Positions 24,679 through 35,023 are shown, counted from the stretch's first letter. The stretch: DNA of 64,000 nt from an uncultured Ruminococcus sp. (GCA_964402515.1 CAYOCM010000002.1:4669-68668), one strand, 5' to 3'. Program-made: numbers and translations. The notes: generated by a model not told the origin, from the sequence alone.

Positions 24679-26889
24679 ATGAAATATATATCAAAATTAA
24701 GGCGTTTTGCGGCGTTTGCCGTAGCATTGGCGACGCTTGCCGCCGCTATACCCGCCGTAAGCAATCAAAAGGTTTCCGCGCTTACCGACAGGCAGACTTG
24801 GTTTGCCGAGCTTATGGGTTCGTTTGCGCGCGCCGATATGCACAAAACCGGCATACTTGCTTCGCTTACCGCGGGACAGGCAATATTCGAAAGCGGTTGG
24901 GGCACCAGCAGAATAGGCGTTGAGGGCAAAAACCTTTTCGGATACAAGGCTTATTCGTCATGGAGCGGCAGAGTATATGAATACCGCTCAGCCACCTTAT
25001 ATTCAAATTATGACGATATGCTCATTGCATTGGGCAACGACGACCGCAACGCAAGCCCGTGGCGCGCATACGCCGATTGGCGCGAGAGTGTCGAAGACCA
25101 CTCTACCCTACTTTGCGGCAGCGACAGATATGCGGCGCTCGTGGGCGAAACGGATTATAAAAAGGCGGCGTTTGCAATAGTCGAGGCGGGATACACAAGC
25201 GACGACGGCTATGCCGAGCAACTTATTGCCATAATCGAAAATTACGGTCTCACTATGTATGACGACCTTACACCCAACGAATATGGCGTTATCGCCATCG
25301 AGATGAACAAAGCTCAGTTGTTTTTAAGCATCAACGACGGCGCCGATCTGTCTTACGAGATATTTGAAGCGGAATTTGTTCCCGAAGAGAGCGAAGACGC
25401 CTCGCAAGAACCGTCGGACATGCCTTCTGACGATATAAGCGACGTATCCGACGACGAACAGTCAAGCGAATCGAGCGACGACACATCGGACACTATGTCG
25501 GAAAGCACATCCGAAGGAGAACCGATCCGAGACGAATCCGCCGACCAAAGCGACGAAACAAGCACCGACGAAACATCCGCCGACACCGGCGCGACAGGCT
25601 GGCTTGATTATACCGTCGAATGGGAAAGCAGCGATCCTTCGGTCGCGTCGGTAGACCAAAACGGCAACGTCACCGCGCTCAAAGAGGGCGTGGCACTTAT
25701 CAGAGCAAAAGTCGGCAACCGCGAGGCTTGCTGTTTGGTAGAGGTTTCGGGTGAAACGGCATATGACGCATATGTCACATCAACGCTTAACGTGCGCGAA
25801 GAGCCTAATACCAACGGCAAAAAATTGGGCATATTCCCCAAAGGACAGGGGATTTATCTGCACAGTGAAAATGTTGACGGATGGTATCTTTGCGAAGGAA
25901 TAGGCACCGACGGCGAACATTTAAAAGGTTGGGCAAGCGCCTCTTATATAGTTTTAAACAACCACAAAGGACTTGCCACGCAAATACATGCGGCAAAAAG
26001 TCTGTTTTCGATCGCGGTGGGCGACACGGCTCAGATAGTATATGCATTGGCGCCCGCTACCGCAACGCAGACCGACATAAAATGGACATCAGCAAACACA
26101 AACATAGCCACCGTCAGTTCGGACGGTATTATATCCGCCGTCGCAAAAGGCGCGACTACCGTCACGGGCGTTACCTCGGGCGACGCTACCGTTACGGTTG
26201 ATATCAGAGTCGGTGACACGGCAACAAACTATGTCGCCGTCACAAACACAAGACTGTATGTTCGCGCCGCAAGCAGTGCCGACTCAAAAGCGCTCGGCAT
26301 AATAGACGCCGACACCGAGATAGAGGTTGTAGGCGAAGAGGTCGACGGCTGGTATCATGTTATCGTCGACAGCAAAAACGGCAAGACGATAGAGGGCTGG
26401 TCAAAAGCCAGATATATAAGCATAACCTCGCTTGTGGGCGGAACTCCGCCCGCGGCCGAACTGACTTTTACCGACGAAAGTATAGTTTCTTCGGGCGGCA
26501 GCCTTTACGGAATTATTCCCGAAACAACGCTCGGCGGACTCAACGGCATCTGCACGACATCGGGTGAGATCAAACTTTTTGCCGTTGACGGCACACAAAA
26601 AACAGACGGGCAAAAACTTGCCACCGGCGATGTTTTGGTGCTTTATTACGAAGGTGTCGAAATAGATCGCAAAACGCTGATCATCAGAGGCGACGTCAAT
26701 TGCGACGGCGAAATAAACTCTGCCGATTATCTGTTTATAAAGCGTTATATGGTCGGCACGCTTGAGCTGAGCGAGCATCAAAAACTTGCTGCGGACGCAT
26801 CGTGCGACGGCGAATTGTTGGTAAACGATTATCTGATGGTGGTCAGGCATTATCTCGGAGAATATACGATAATTCAAAAAGCCCCGTAA
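24679..26889 (+). CDS. secreted N-acetylglucosaminidase-domain (GH73-like) protein with Big_2, SH3-like and dockerin modules
   Basis: Signal peptide; LTAGQAIFESGWGTSRIGVEGKNLFGYKAY (glucosaminidase); an acidic Ser/Asp/Glu linker; two Big_2-like modules and SH3-like modules (LNVREEP...GW; LYVRAASS...GW); C-terminal dockerin GDVNCDGEINSADYLFIKRYMVG...DASCDGELLVNDYLMVVRHYLG. Confidence 0.85.
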   Translation: MKYISKLRRFAAFAVALATLAAAIPAVSNQKVSALTDRQTWFAELMGSFARADMHKTGILASLTAGQAIFESGWGTSRIGVEGKNLFGYKAYSSWSGRVYEYRSATLYSNYDDMLIALGNDDRNASPWRAYADWRESVEDHSTLLCGSDRYAALVGETDYKKAAFAIVEAGYTSDDGYAEQLIAIIENYGLTMYDDLTPNEYGVIAIEMNKAQLFLSINDGADLSYEIFEAEFVPEESEDASQEPSDMPSDDISDVSDDEQSSESSDDTSDTMSESTSEGEPIRDESADQSDETSTDETSADTGATGWLDYTVEWESSDPSVASVDQNGNVTALKEGVALIRAKVGNREACCLVEVSGETAYDAYVTSTLNVREEPNTNGKKLGIFPKGQGIYLHSENVDGWYLCEGIGTDGEHLKGWASASYIVLNNHKGLATQIHAAKSLFSIAVGDTAQIVYALAPATATQTDIKWTSANTNIATVSSDGIISAVAKGATTVTGVTSGDATVTVDIRVGDTATNYVAVTNTRLYVRAASSADSKALGIIDADTEIEVVGEEVDGWYHVIVDSKNGKTIEGWSKARYISITSLVGGTPPAAELTFTDESIVSSGGSLYGIIPETTLGGLNGICTTSGEIKLFAVDGTQKTDGQKLATGDVLVLYYEGVEIDRKTLIIRGDVNCDGEINSADYLFIKRYMVGTLELSEHQKLAADASCDGELLVNDYLMVVRHYLGEYTIIQKAP

Positions 26890-26903
26890 ACAAGGGGCTT
26901 TTT
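26878..26903 (+). terminator. rho-independent terminator
   Basis: AGCCCC pairs with GGGGCT around the loop GTAAACAA, followed by TTTTT. Confidence 0.7.
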
Positions 26904-26917
26904 GCCTATTAAAAAGG

Positions 26918-26946
26918 TTGATTTATTGTGCAAAATAGTGTATAAT
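26918..26946 (+). promoter_or_regulatory. sigma-A-type promoter
   Basis: TTGATT (26918-26923), 17-nt spacer, TATAAT (26941-26946). Confidence 0.55.
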
Positions 26947-26983
26947 ACAGTTTAACATTAACCATCGTTAAAAGGTGCTTGCA

Positions 26984-28768
26984 ATGAGTTTTTTACGCGG
27001 ATATTATGAGCGCAACAAAAAAGGCGTTGTGCTGTTCGGCACACTTACGGCGGCAATGCTGCTGTGCTATCTTTTGCCGCAGTTTTTTATGTCGCTGCCC
27101 AAAGGCCATGATATCTATTATCATATGTACCGTCTCGAATCGCTTGCGGTCGAGATAAAAAACGGCAATATTCCCGCACGCATATATTCAAACGTCTATC
27201 GCGGCTACGGATACGCTTCGCCTATATTTTACGGCGATTGGATGATGTTTCCGTTTGCGTTGCTCGTTACATGGGGCATAAGCGTTGTCAACGCCTATAC
27301 GGCTTATCTGATAAGCATGGCGTTTTTGACCGGCTGGTCTATGTTCTTTTGCGCGCGATATATATTTAAAAGCGACAAAGCGGCATTTATATCGTCGATA
27401 TGCTATGTGTTTTCGTCATATTTCTTTACAGACTTGTTTTATCGGCACGCCGCCGGTGAGATGCAATCTTTTGTGTTTTTGCCGATAGTTGCCGTCGGCT
27501 TGCACAGCGTGGTATACGGCGACTGCAAAAAATGGTATCTTTTGGGATTCGGACTTTGCGGTGTGTTGATATCTCACGTTTTGACCGCCGTTGCGACGGT
27601 GGTGTTTCTTGTGCTGTTTTGCGTATTCAACGCACACAAACTGTTTAAACAGCCCAAAAGGTTTTTGTATATACTCGGTGCGACGGCAGTGTTTTTCGCA
27701 TCGTCGGCAACGTTTATATTTCCCATGGTCGAGCAACTCGCATCGACGAAATTCATCAGCACCGACGGCACGTCCGGAAACGCCTACGGCACATTGCTCG
27801 AACGCGGCATGCCGGATCTGATATCGCTGTTTTCTCCCATAAACAACCAGGTGCAATCATCAAAATGGTGGTATCCAAACGGTATAGGTTTTGTGTTTAT
27901 AGCCACGGTCATAGTGCGCATAATAGGTGCGGTGACGCATAACGAAGGATATAAAGGCAAGCAGACCTGGATATATATGATAATGACGTTTGTTGCGCTG
28001 TTTGCCTCGTCGACGTATTTTCCGTGGAACGCATTTCAGGATATATGCGCAACAATGCAGTTTCCTTGGCGCCTTTTGGTGTTTGCAACGCTGTTTTCAA
28101 GCTTGTTTGCGGGCAGCGTAACGGCAGCGCTCGAACACTCGAGCGGCGACACATCGTTTATGTGTGTTGCGATAACGCTTTCGGCGGTGTGCTTTGTGCT
28201 TGTCGCGTCTCCCAAATACAACAGCTATATAAAATACCAAATACAGGGCACGGCAGTCGATTATCCTTACGAATACAACATCGGCCTGGGCGAATGGTTG
28301 CCCACCGGCAGCAACAGGTCACAGCTTATGCAACTTGCAAACAAAGGCGATGTCTGCCTGTCAAACAATTTAAAAAGCGGCAGTATGTCGGCAGAACGTT
28401 TAGGCACGCTCGTTTCGGTTGAATTCTGCGGCAACGATCAAGACGACACTTATATTGATCTGCCTTTGGTGGCTTATAAGGGATATGAGATATGGCTGTA
28501 TGACGAGCAAGGCGTAAAAACACGGCTTGACTGGGAATACAGCAAATACAACTGCCTGCGCGTGCATATACCTCAGGGTGTTAAAAGCGGACATATTACC
28601 GCATATTACAGCGGAACGGCCGTACAGCATGTCTCGCAGGCAATAACCGTAATAACGTTTTTGATATATGCGGTGTTGCTGCTGTGCAAGTATGTCATCC
28701 TGCCGATAAGGCATAAAGTTCGGACACCGTCACAAAACGATATCCGTCATCAAGCAGACGCGGAATAA
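26984..28768 (+). CDS. large polytopic membrane protein, GT-C/YfhO-like glycosyltransferase candidate
   Basis: At least 12 predicted TM helices. The N-terminal motif GHDIYYHMYRLESL...GYGYASPIFYGDW resembles membrane glycosyltransferases. The family assignment is tentative. Confidence 0.5.
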   Translation: MSFLRGYYERNKKGVVLFGTLTAAMLLCYLLPQFFMSLPKGHDIYYHMYRLESLAVEIKNGNIPARIYSNVYRGYGYASPIFYGDWMMFPFALLVTWGISVVNAYTAYLISMAFLTGWSMFFCARYIFKSDKAAFISSICYVFSSYFFTDLFYRHAAGEMQSFVFLPIVAVGLHSVVYGDCKKWYLLGFGLCGVLISHVLTAVATVVFLVLFCVFNAHKLFKQPKRFLYILGATAVFFASSATFIFPMVEQLASTKFISTDGTSGNAYGTLLERGMPDLISLFSPINNQVQSSKWWYPNGIGFVFIATVIVRIIGAVTHNEGYKGKQTWIYMIMTFVALFASSTYFPWNAFQDICATMQFPWRLLVFATLFSSLFAGSVTAALEHSSGDTSFMCVAITLSAVCFVLVASPKYNSYIKYQIQGTAVDYPYEYNIGLGEWLPTGSNRSQLMQLANKGDVCLSNNLKSGSMSAERLGTLVSVEFCGNDQDDTYIDLPLVAYKGYEIWLYDEQGVKTRLDWEYSKYNCLRVHIPQGVKSGHITAYYSGTAVQHVSQAITVITFLIYAVLLLCKYVILPIRHKVRTPSQNDIRHQADAE

Positions 28769-30107
28769 GCGTTTTAAGCGCCTCGGGCGTGTAACTGATT
28801 GCATAATTATAATCGTGCATAAGCACAATGTCGCCGCCGCAAAGGTTGTTTAAAACAACAGACACTATATTTTGGGCATTTGAGCCCGCCCAGTCGCGAG
28901 TATCCATACGCCAGCTCCACAACGCAACGGTGTATCCCATTGAATTTGCAAGATCTATGCCGTCAAACCATATTTCGCCGCCCGGCGCGCGAAACATCTT
29001 CGGCGTATATCCCGCTTCCGCGATTATTTCGGCGGTGCGCGTGATCTCGGCTTTAAGTCCGTCAACCCCCAAGACCGACATCTTTTTGTGACTGTATGTG
29101 TGTATGCCTATCTCATGGCCTTCGGCTATCTCGCGAGTTAAAATATCTTTGTGTTTTTCGGCATTTGAACCGATAACAAAAAACGTGGCTTTTATACCGT
29201 ATTCTTGCAGGATATCCAATATCTGCGGCGTATATCTTTTGTCGGGGCCGTCGTCAAAACTGAGCGCGATATATTTTTCTGCCGACGGGCAGCCCGCAAA
29301 AACCCGCCCGTCGTCTTCATACATTGCCAATTTGTCATAATCGACCGCGATTTGCGCCACGGCAAACTCGTCAAGCGTGCCGAAACGGTATCCGCGATTT
29401 TCGAGTTCGGTCAACACCTCATCAAGTATTGCGGCGTTTGTCGCCGATGTGGGATGCAAAAGCATTACCTCGCCGTTGTGCGCGTTTGACAGTATCTTTT
29501 GTTTTGCCCATTCGGTACCTTTTTGGGCGCTGTTATCCCAATCGGCATAAGCAAACGACCAAAATACCGGCGTATATCCCGCTTTTTGGCAGAATTTAAG
29601 CATATTTTCGCTGAACGCTCCCTCGGGAGGCCTGAAATAATTTGACGCTTTTGTGCCCAAATATTCAAGACAAACATCGTCAAGCCCTTTTAATTCCGCC
29701 AAAAATTTGTTATAATCATCTATCTCGCCCATATTTTTGTGCGAATAAGAATGATTGCCTATGATATGCCCTTCGTCAAGCATGCGTTTTACAACATCGG
29801 TATTGTTTTTGACTATGCCGGGCAGAATAAAAAACGTCGCGGGCGCATCGTGTGCTTTTAAAACATCCAATGTTTTTGCAACGTTGCCGTTTTCATACCC
29901 CGCGTCAAAAGTAAGGTATATCACCTTTTCGTCCGCGCCGAGATATATGCAACCGTATTTGTCCGGCATATCGCTGCCGCCAAAGCATAGGGGCCTTGTG
30001 CCGTCACCCGTGGGTTTAAAATACCACGCCGTGCTTTTTGCCGACGCACACAGTGACATTATTACGCACAAAGCGATAAGGCAAAATACAATTTTTTTGA
30101 TAAACAT
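28695..30107 (-). CDS. secreted polysaccharide deacetylase with two NodB domains (the first PdaA-like)
   Basis: Signal peptide; YLTFDAGYENGN...ATFFILPG...GHIIGNHSYSH and LSFDDGPD...ATFFVIGS...GHEIGIHTYSH. Confidence 0.85.
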   Translation of the reverse strand: MFIKKIVFCLIALCVIMSLCASAKSTAWYFKPTGDGTRPLCFGGSDMPDKYGCIYLGADEKVIYLTFDAGYENGNVAKTLDVLKAHDAPATFFILPGIVKNNTDVVKRMLDEGHIIGNHSYSHKNMGEIDDYNKFLAELKGLDDVCLEYLGTKASNYFRPPEGAFSENMLKFCQKAGYTPVFWSFAYADWDNSAQKGTEWAKQKILSNAHNGEVMLLHPTSATNAAILDEVLTELENRGYRFGTLDEFAVAQIAVDYDKLAMYEDDGRVFAGCPSAEKYIALSFDDGPDKRYTPQILDILQEYGIKATFFVIGSNAEKHKDILTREIAEGHEIGIHTYSHKKMSVLGVDGLKAEITRTAEIIAEAGYTPKMFRAPGGEIWFDGIDLANSMGYTVALWSWRMDTRDWAGSNAQNIVSVVLNNLCGGDIVLMHDYNYAISYTPEALKTLIPRLLDDGYRFVTVSELYALSAG

Positions 30108-30193
30108 TCACTCCTTTCGCACATATTATTTGCGCACGGCACAGCGTCAAACCGAGCCATTATTTGAGATTTTGACAGAAAGAGATAACAACC

Positions 30194-31015
30194 ATGATGA
30201 TGTTCTGCACGCCGTCGGCGTTTTTATACAGATTTCCGGACAAAAAAAGCAATGTTGTCGACGAAGCGCTTTACGGCACGACGGCCGAGATAAAAGACGA
30301 GATAAACGGTTTTTATCTTGTCGAAACCGATTACGGATACGGCGGTTGGACCGAATGCAAAAATATTTGCCCGCAGCTGCATTCGCCGAACGCCACAGTC
30401 GATATGCCGTTCTGCGATCTGCTTTATACGCCGGATTACAGACTTGCGCCGGTGATGACATTGCCTATGGGCGCGCGCGTAGATGCGGGAGTCCCTCACG
30501 AAATTCCGCAAAGGGCGATGATAGTTTTGCCGGATAAAAAAATGTATTTTACACATATAGACGCGCTGATGTTTGACAGCGAACTGTGCGGCGAATCATG
30601 CAAATCATGCAAATCTCCGTGCGGATTTAAAGTCAAATCGACATCGCTGTTGTCGAGGCAAAAACTTTGCAATATGGCGCTCGCATACAAAGGCGTTCAA
30701 TACCGCTGGGGCGGCAAGACGCACGCCGGCATAGACTGCTCGGGACTTGCGTTTATGACCTATGCGATGTGCGGCATAAAAATATGGCGCGACAGCGATC
30801 CCGACAAGTCCGAGAATATGAGGCGTGTTACGCTCGAAGAGGCAAAAGAGGGCGACCTGCTTTATTTTAAAAAACATGTCGCCGTATATCTCGGCGGCGA
30901 CAGGTTTATTCACGCTTCGGCAAAAGAGGGCAAAGTGGTTTGCGGCAACATATCCGACCACGGTGCGATGTTTAAAGATTTTATCACGGCGACAACATAT
31001 AAGGATTTAACATAA
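30194..31015 (+). CDS. C40 (NlpC/P60) peptidase with an N-terminal SH3-like domain
   Basis: GVQYRWGGKTHAGIDCSGLAFMTY (catalytic Cys) and HVAVYLGGDRFIHAS (His). Confidence 0.8.
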   Translation: MMMFCTPSAFLYRFPDKKSNVVDEALYGTTAEIKDEINGFYLVETDYGYGGWTECKNICPQLHSPNATVDMPFCDLLYTPDYRLAPVMTLPMGARVDAGVPHEIPQRAMIVLPDKKMYFTHIDALMFDSELCGESCKSCKSPCGFKVKSTSLLSRQKLCNMALAYKGVQYRWGGKTHAGIDCSGLAFMTYAMCGIKIWRDSDPDKSENMRRVTLEEAKEGDLLYFKKHVAVYLGGDRFIHASAKEGKVVCGNISDHGAMFKDFITATTYKDLT

Positions 31016-32388
31016 TGACCGATATATTCGTTTCAAAACAAGATGATATAAAACAAACCGAGATCGCCTTGTCGCTTTTGCCACTGTTTGAGGGCAAAAA
31101 GGCGTTTGTGCGCACATTCGGCTGCCAGCAAAACGAGTCGGACGGCGAAAAACTGATGGGCTGTCTTATGCTTTGCGGTTTTGCGCGCGCGCAAAGCGAA
31201 GGCGATGCCGACCTGATACTTATCAACACCTGCGCTATAAGAGAACACGCCGAAAAACGCGAGCTTTCTTATGCCGGGCAGTTAAAAAAATTAAAGCAAA
31301 ATAAAAAAAGCCTTATCATAGGCATTTGCGGATGTATGCCGCAGCAAATGCACCGCGTGGAACAAATTAAAAAAAGTTATCCGTATGTCGACTTTGCGTT
31401 CGGCACGGATATGAACCACCGCCTGCCCGAAATACTGTATTCGGTAGTGCATGGCACAAAGCGTATGTTCTTTATAAACGACCTGCCTCACGACTCTTTC
31501 GGCGTGATAAGCGAGGGTATGCCCGTCTGCCGCGCCGATTCTTATAAGGCGTGGGTATCCGTAATGTACGGCTGCAACAACTTTTGCACATATTGTGTCG
31601 TGCCGTTTGTAAGAGGCAGAGAACGCAGCAGAAGGTCAAATGATGTTTTAAACGAAGTTTCGGGGCTTGTAGCTTCGGGATATAAGGACATCACGCTTTT
31701 GGGACAAAACGTAAACAGTTATAACGGCGACATCACATTTCCCGAGCTGATATCAAAATGCGCCGAATTCGACGGAGATTATCGCATAAGGTTTATGACG
31801 TCGCACCCAAAAGACGCATCCGTCGAACTTATAGACGCCATCGCCTCACACGAGCGCATAGCAAAACATTTTCACCTGCCGGTGCAGTCGGGCTCAACGC
31901 GCATTTTGGCCGAAATGAACAGACGGTATACCAGAGAGCAATATCTTGAAAAAGCAAAAAAGATAAGAGAGCGCATACCCGGCGTTGCCGTTTCAACAGA
32001 TATCATAGTCGGTTTTCCCGGCGAGACGGACGAAGATTTTGCCGACACACTGTCGTTGGTAAAGCAAGTGCGCTTTGATATGATATATTCGTTTATCTAT
32101 TCGCCGCGTGAAAACACAAAAGCGGCAATGATGCAAAACCGCATTCCGCATGACGAACAAGTCAGACGGTTTGAGATGCTTTCGGCATTGCAAAACGATA
32201 TCGCGTTAGAACGCAATAAAGCGCTTGTAGGCACGGTACAGAGGGTGCTTTCGGACGGCGACGGCACAGGCCGCACCGACCAAAACAAAATAGCCGAACT
32301 CGATGCCGCGATACCCGCGGGTGATCTCTGCATGGCAGAGATCACATCGGCAAAAGCTTATTCACTCAGTGCAAAAATAATAAAATAA
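31015..32388 (+). CDS. miaB: tRNA-i6A37 methylthiotransferase MiaB
   Basis: FVRTFGCQQNESDGE (N-terminal cluster), the radical-SAM cluster GCNNFCTYCVVP, and a TRAM-like C-terminus. Confidence 0.9.
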   Translation: MTDIFVSKQDDIKQTEIALSLLPLFEGKKAFVRTFGCQQNESDGEKLMGCLMLCGFARAQSEGDADLILINTCAIREHAEKRELSYAGQLKKLKQNKKSLIIGICGCMPQQMHRVEQIKKSYPYVDFAFGTDMNHRLPEILYSVVHGTKRMFFINDLPHDSFGVISEGMPVCRADSYKAWVSVMYGCNNFCTYCVVPFVRGRERSRRSNDVLNEVSGLVASGYKDITLLGQNVNSYNGDITFPELISKCAEFDGDYRIRFMTSHPKDASVELIDAIASHERIAKHFHLPVQSGSTRILAEMNRRYTREQYLEKAKKIRERIPGVAVSTDIIVGFPGETDEDFADTLSLVKQVRFDMIYSFIYSPRENTKAAMMQNRIPHDEQVRRFEMLSALQNDIALERNKALVGTVQRVLSDGDGTGRTDQNKIAELDAAIPAGDLCMAEITSAKAYSLSAKIIK

Positions 32389-32402
32389 ACGGAGATACCA
32401 AA

Positions 32403-32807
32403 ATGAACGAAAACCTGCAAAACATCTTTAATCAATTTATCGAAGAGCTTAAAAACGACCCCACCGTCGTTGCCTATCAAAAGGCAAAAGAGGCATATGC
32501 CGCAAACGGCGTTTTGATGAACAAGGTCGTCGAATACAACGCTCAGGCTCAGGCTCTTGAGGTAGAAAACGCCAGACCCGAAAAAGACAGCCTGCTTATC
32601 GCTTCTATCACGGGCAGATTAAAAGCGCTTTATGACGAGATAATCACCGATCCCGTAATGGTAAACCTTAACGAAACCGAAAAAGCGGTTAACGAGATAA
32701 TCACCGACGTAAACTACGGAATGCAGTGCGTTATCGCGCCGGAAACTATTCATGAGCATGACGAATCCTGCGGCGGCGACTGCGGCCATTGCGGCGGTTG
32801 CCACTGA
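32403..32807 (+). CDS. YlbF/YmcA-family protein with a C-terminal Cys cluster
   Basis: A helical YlbF-like N-terminus (FIEELKNDPTVVAYQKAKEAY...) that ends in CGGDCGHCGGCH. Confidence 0.6.
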   Translation: MNENLQNIFNQFIEELKNDPTVVAYQKAKEAYAANGVLMNKVVEYNAQAQALEVENARPEKDSLLIASITGRLKALYDEIITDPVMVNLNETEKAVNEIITDVNYGMQCVIAPETIHEHDESCGGDCGHCGGCH

Positions 32808-32843
32808 GCAAGGCAAAAACAAATGTGAAAAGCGAATATATCG

Positions 32844-33671
32844 ATGTATTCGCTTTTCACCGTTACTTATCTGTTTATTAATATGTTATCATTACTTTTT
32901 TCTGATCCGATATTGCTGCTGTTGACGTTGCCCGTGCTGATGCTGTCTTTAACGTTGCACGAGGTGTCACACGGCTATGCCGCATACAAATGCGGCGACA
33001 GCACCGCGCATGATATGGGCAGGCTGACGCTTAACCCTTTAAAACACCTTGACTTTATGGGCGCGCTGTGCATGTTGACAGTAGGCTTCGGCTGGGCAAA
33101 ACCCGTGCCGGTAAATACGCGCAATTTTAAAAAGCCGAAACGCGATATGGCCGTTGTCGCAGCAGCGGGACCCGCGGCAAACCTTTTGCTGTGCATTGTT
33201 TCGGTAGCGCTTTATTTTGTGTTTCTCGCCGTATTTTCAATGGCGCAAAATATTGACGGCATAGCTTATTTCAGAGAATTGCTTGATTATCTGCCGTCAA
33301 ACCCGATGTATTACGACCACCTCTCTATGTTTGCCGAACTCGGCACGATGCAAAGTTTGGTTTTAGAGATGCTCGCACTGTCGGCAATGCTCAACGCAAA
33401 CCTGATGCTGTTTAACCTTATACCTATTCCGCCTCTTGACGGTTCGCGCATACTTGCGGGAGTATTACCCGGCAAACTTGCGGCAAAATATATCAGACTC
33501 GAAAAATATGTGCGCTATCTTATACTTGCCGTTTGCATAATCAACCTTGCCTCAACATATCTGCCGTTTTTGTCTGTGATAAGCGATTATATATTCTATC
33601 CTCTCGAATGGCTCAGAAACGGTTTGCTTATGCTTTTGCAAAAATTGATGCTGTTTATATTCGGACGGTAA
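32844..33671 (+). CDS. site-2 protease family (M50) zinc metalloprotease
   Basis: The HExxH motif occurs as LTLHEVSHGY inside a TM helix, and FNLIPIPPLDGSRIL supplies the NxxPxxxLDG motif. Confidence 0.8.
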   Translation: MYSLFTVTYLFINMLSLLFSDPILLLLTLPVLMLSLTLHEVSHGYAAYKCGDSTAHDMGRLTLNPLKHLDFMGALCMLTVGFGWAKPVPVNTRNFKKPKRDMAVVAAAGPAANLLLCIVSVALYFVFLAVFSMAQNIDGIAYFRELLDYLPSNPMYYDHLSMFAELGTMQSLVLEMLALSAMLNANLMLFNLIPIPPLDGSRILAGVLPGKLAAKYIRLEKYVRYLILAVCIINLASTYLPFLSVISDYIFYPLEWLRNGLLMLLQKLMLFIFGR

Positions 33672-33705
33672 TAAGGCAAATAATAATAATTAAAAGCGGT
33701 ATATT

Positions 33706-34416
33706 ATGACAGAAGAACTCAGTTTAAAGGTCGAGCATTACGAGGGGCCCCTTGACCTCTTGCTTGCACTTATCGCAAAAAACAAAATAGACATACTCGA
33801 TATCCCCATCGCCGAGATAACCGATCAGTATATGCAATATATCGACTCGATGAAAAAGCTTGATATGGAGGTCACCGCCGAGTTTATCGTGATGGCGGCG
33901 CAGCTTATGCTGATAAAATCGCGAATGCTTTTGCCCAGGCGTGCCGATGAAGAAGACCCGCGCAAAGTGCTGGTCGACGCGCTACTCGAGCGCAAACGTG
34001 CCGCCGAGACCGCCGCGTTTTTAAAGCTGAGGTCCGAGACCTATTATGACAGTTATACCAAAGATCCCGACGAGATAGATATCGCATACGAACGCGAACA
34101 CGCCGTTTCGTTGCTTAAAGAAGCTTTTGACCGTATGTCGGAGCGCACTATACTGCTTAAAAAAGGCGAAAAACAAGAGCAACTGTTTGCCGCCCTGCGT
34201 GAAGAAAAATATTTTACCGTCGAAGAAAAAATGCTGTCGGTATCGCTGTTTTTAAACAAACACGGCGACACCGAGTTTGAAAGGCTGTTTTACGGCTGCG
34301 GCGGCAAAAGCGAAATGATAGCGGTGTTTTTGGCACTGCTCGAACTTGCATCGCGACAGGCGATAAAGGTATATAACGACGACGGGTTGACTTATATCGC
34401 TCCCGTCTCGGAATAA
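33706..34416 (+). CDS. scpA: segregation and condensation protein A
   Basis: YEGPLDLLLALIAKNKIDILDIPIAEITDQYMQYI. Confidence 0.9.
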   Translation: MTEELSLKVEHYEGPLDLLLALIAKNKIDILDIPIAEITDQYMQYIDSMKKLDMEVTAEFIVMAAQLMLIKSRMLLPRRADEEDPRKVLVDALLERKRAAETAAFLKLRSETYYDSYTKDPDEIDIAYEREHAVSLLKEAFDRMSERTILLKKGEKQEQLFAALREEKYFTVEEKMLSVSLFLNKHGDTEFERLFYGCGGKSEMIAVFLALLELASRQAIKVYNDDGLTYIAPVSE

Positions 34417-34438
34417 TTAAAGATAAGGTTGATTGATT

Positions 34439-35023
34439 ATGATTAGATCGGAGATCACCGCGGCACTGCAGGCAGTGTTGTTTGCCTGCGGTAGTCCGGT
34501 TGAATTTGACAGGCTGTGCGACGTGCTCGGCATAACACCGGACGAACTGCACGAGGCGGCCGAATTATTAAAAGGCGACCTTGACGAAGCTCAAAGCGGC
34601 ATAACGCTGATCAAGGTTGAGAACGCATATCAGCTTTGTACAAAACCCATATATTCCGAACCCGTAAAAAAGGCTTTGCAACTGCGCAAGGTTCCGCCGC
34701 TTTCAAAAGCATCTTTAGAGGTGCTTGCGATAGTGGCATACAATCAGCCGGTCACACGCTCGTTTATCGAGCAAGTGCGCGGTGTCGATTCGTCATACAT
34801 TGTCGCTTCGCTGATAGACAAAGGTCTGCTTGCCGAGCGCGGCACGCTCGACGCGCCCGGTCGGCCGACTCTTTTCGGCACTACCGACAGCTTTTTGCGC
34901 TGTTTCGGGCTCGAAAGCATATCCGACCTGCCTATGATAGACCTTGCCGCCGCAGCGGGAAACGCCGACGACGGACAAACCACCCTTGATGCCGTCGTTT
35001 CTTCGGCAGAGGAAATACAATGA
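34439..35023 (+). CDS. scpB: SMC-Scp complex subunit ScpB
   Basis: LEVLAIVAYNQPVTRSFIEQVRGVDSSYIVASLIDKGLL. ATG 34439 is preferred over TTG 34433 because of its spacing from AAGG. Confidence 0.9.
   Translation: MIRSEITAALQAVLFACGSPVEFDRLCDVLGITPDELHEAAELLKGDLDEAQSGITLIKVENAYQLCTKPIYSEPVKKALQLRKVPPLSKASLEVLAIVAYNQPVTRSFIEQVRGVDSSYIVASLIDKGLLAERGTLDAPGRPTLFGTTDSFLRCFGLESISDLPMIDLAAAAGNADDGQTTLDAVVSSAEEIQ

Noticed and set aside
28695-28768. A 74-nt convergent 3' overlap between the GT-C-like membrane protein gene and the polysaccharide deacetylase gene. Smaller convergent overlaps occur at 4678-4693, 6896-6907 and 8224-8240.
   Set aside because: This is probably genome compaction, with the plus-strand gene's non-conserved tail running on to the first available stop. 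There is no evidence of a functional antisense element.
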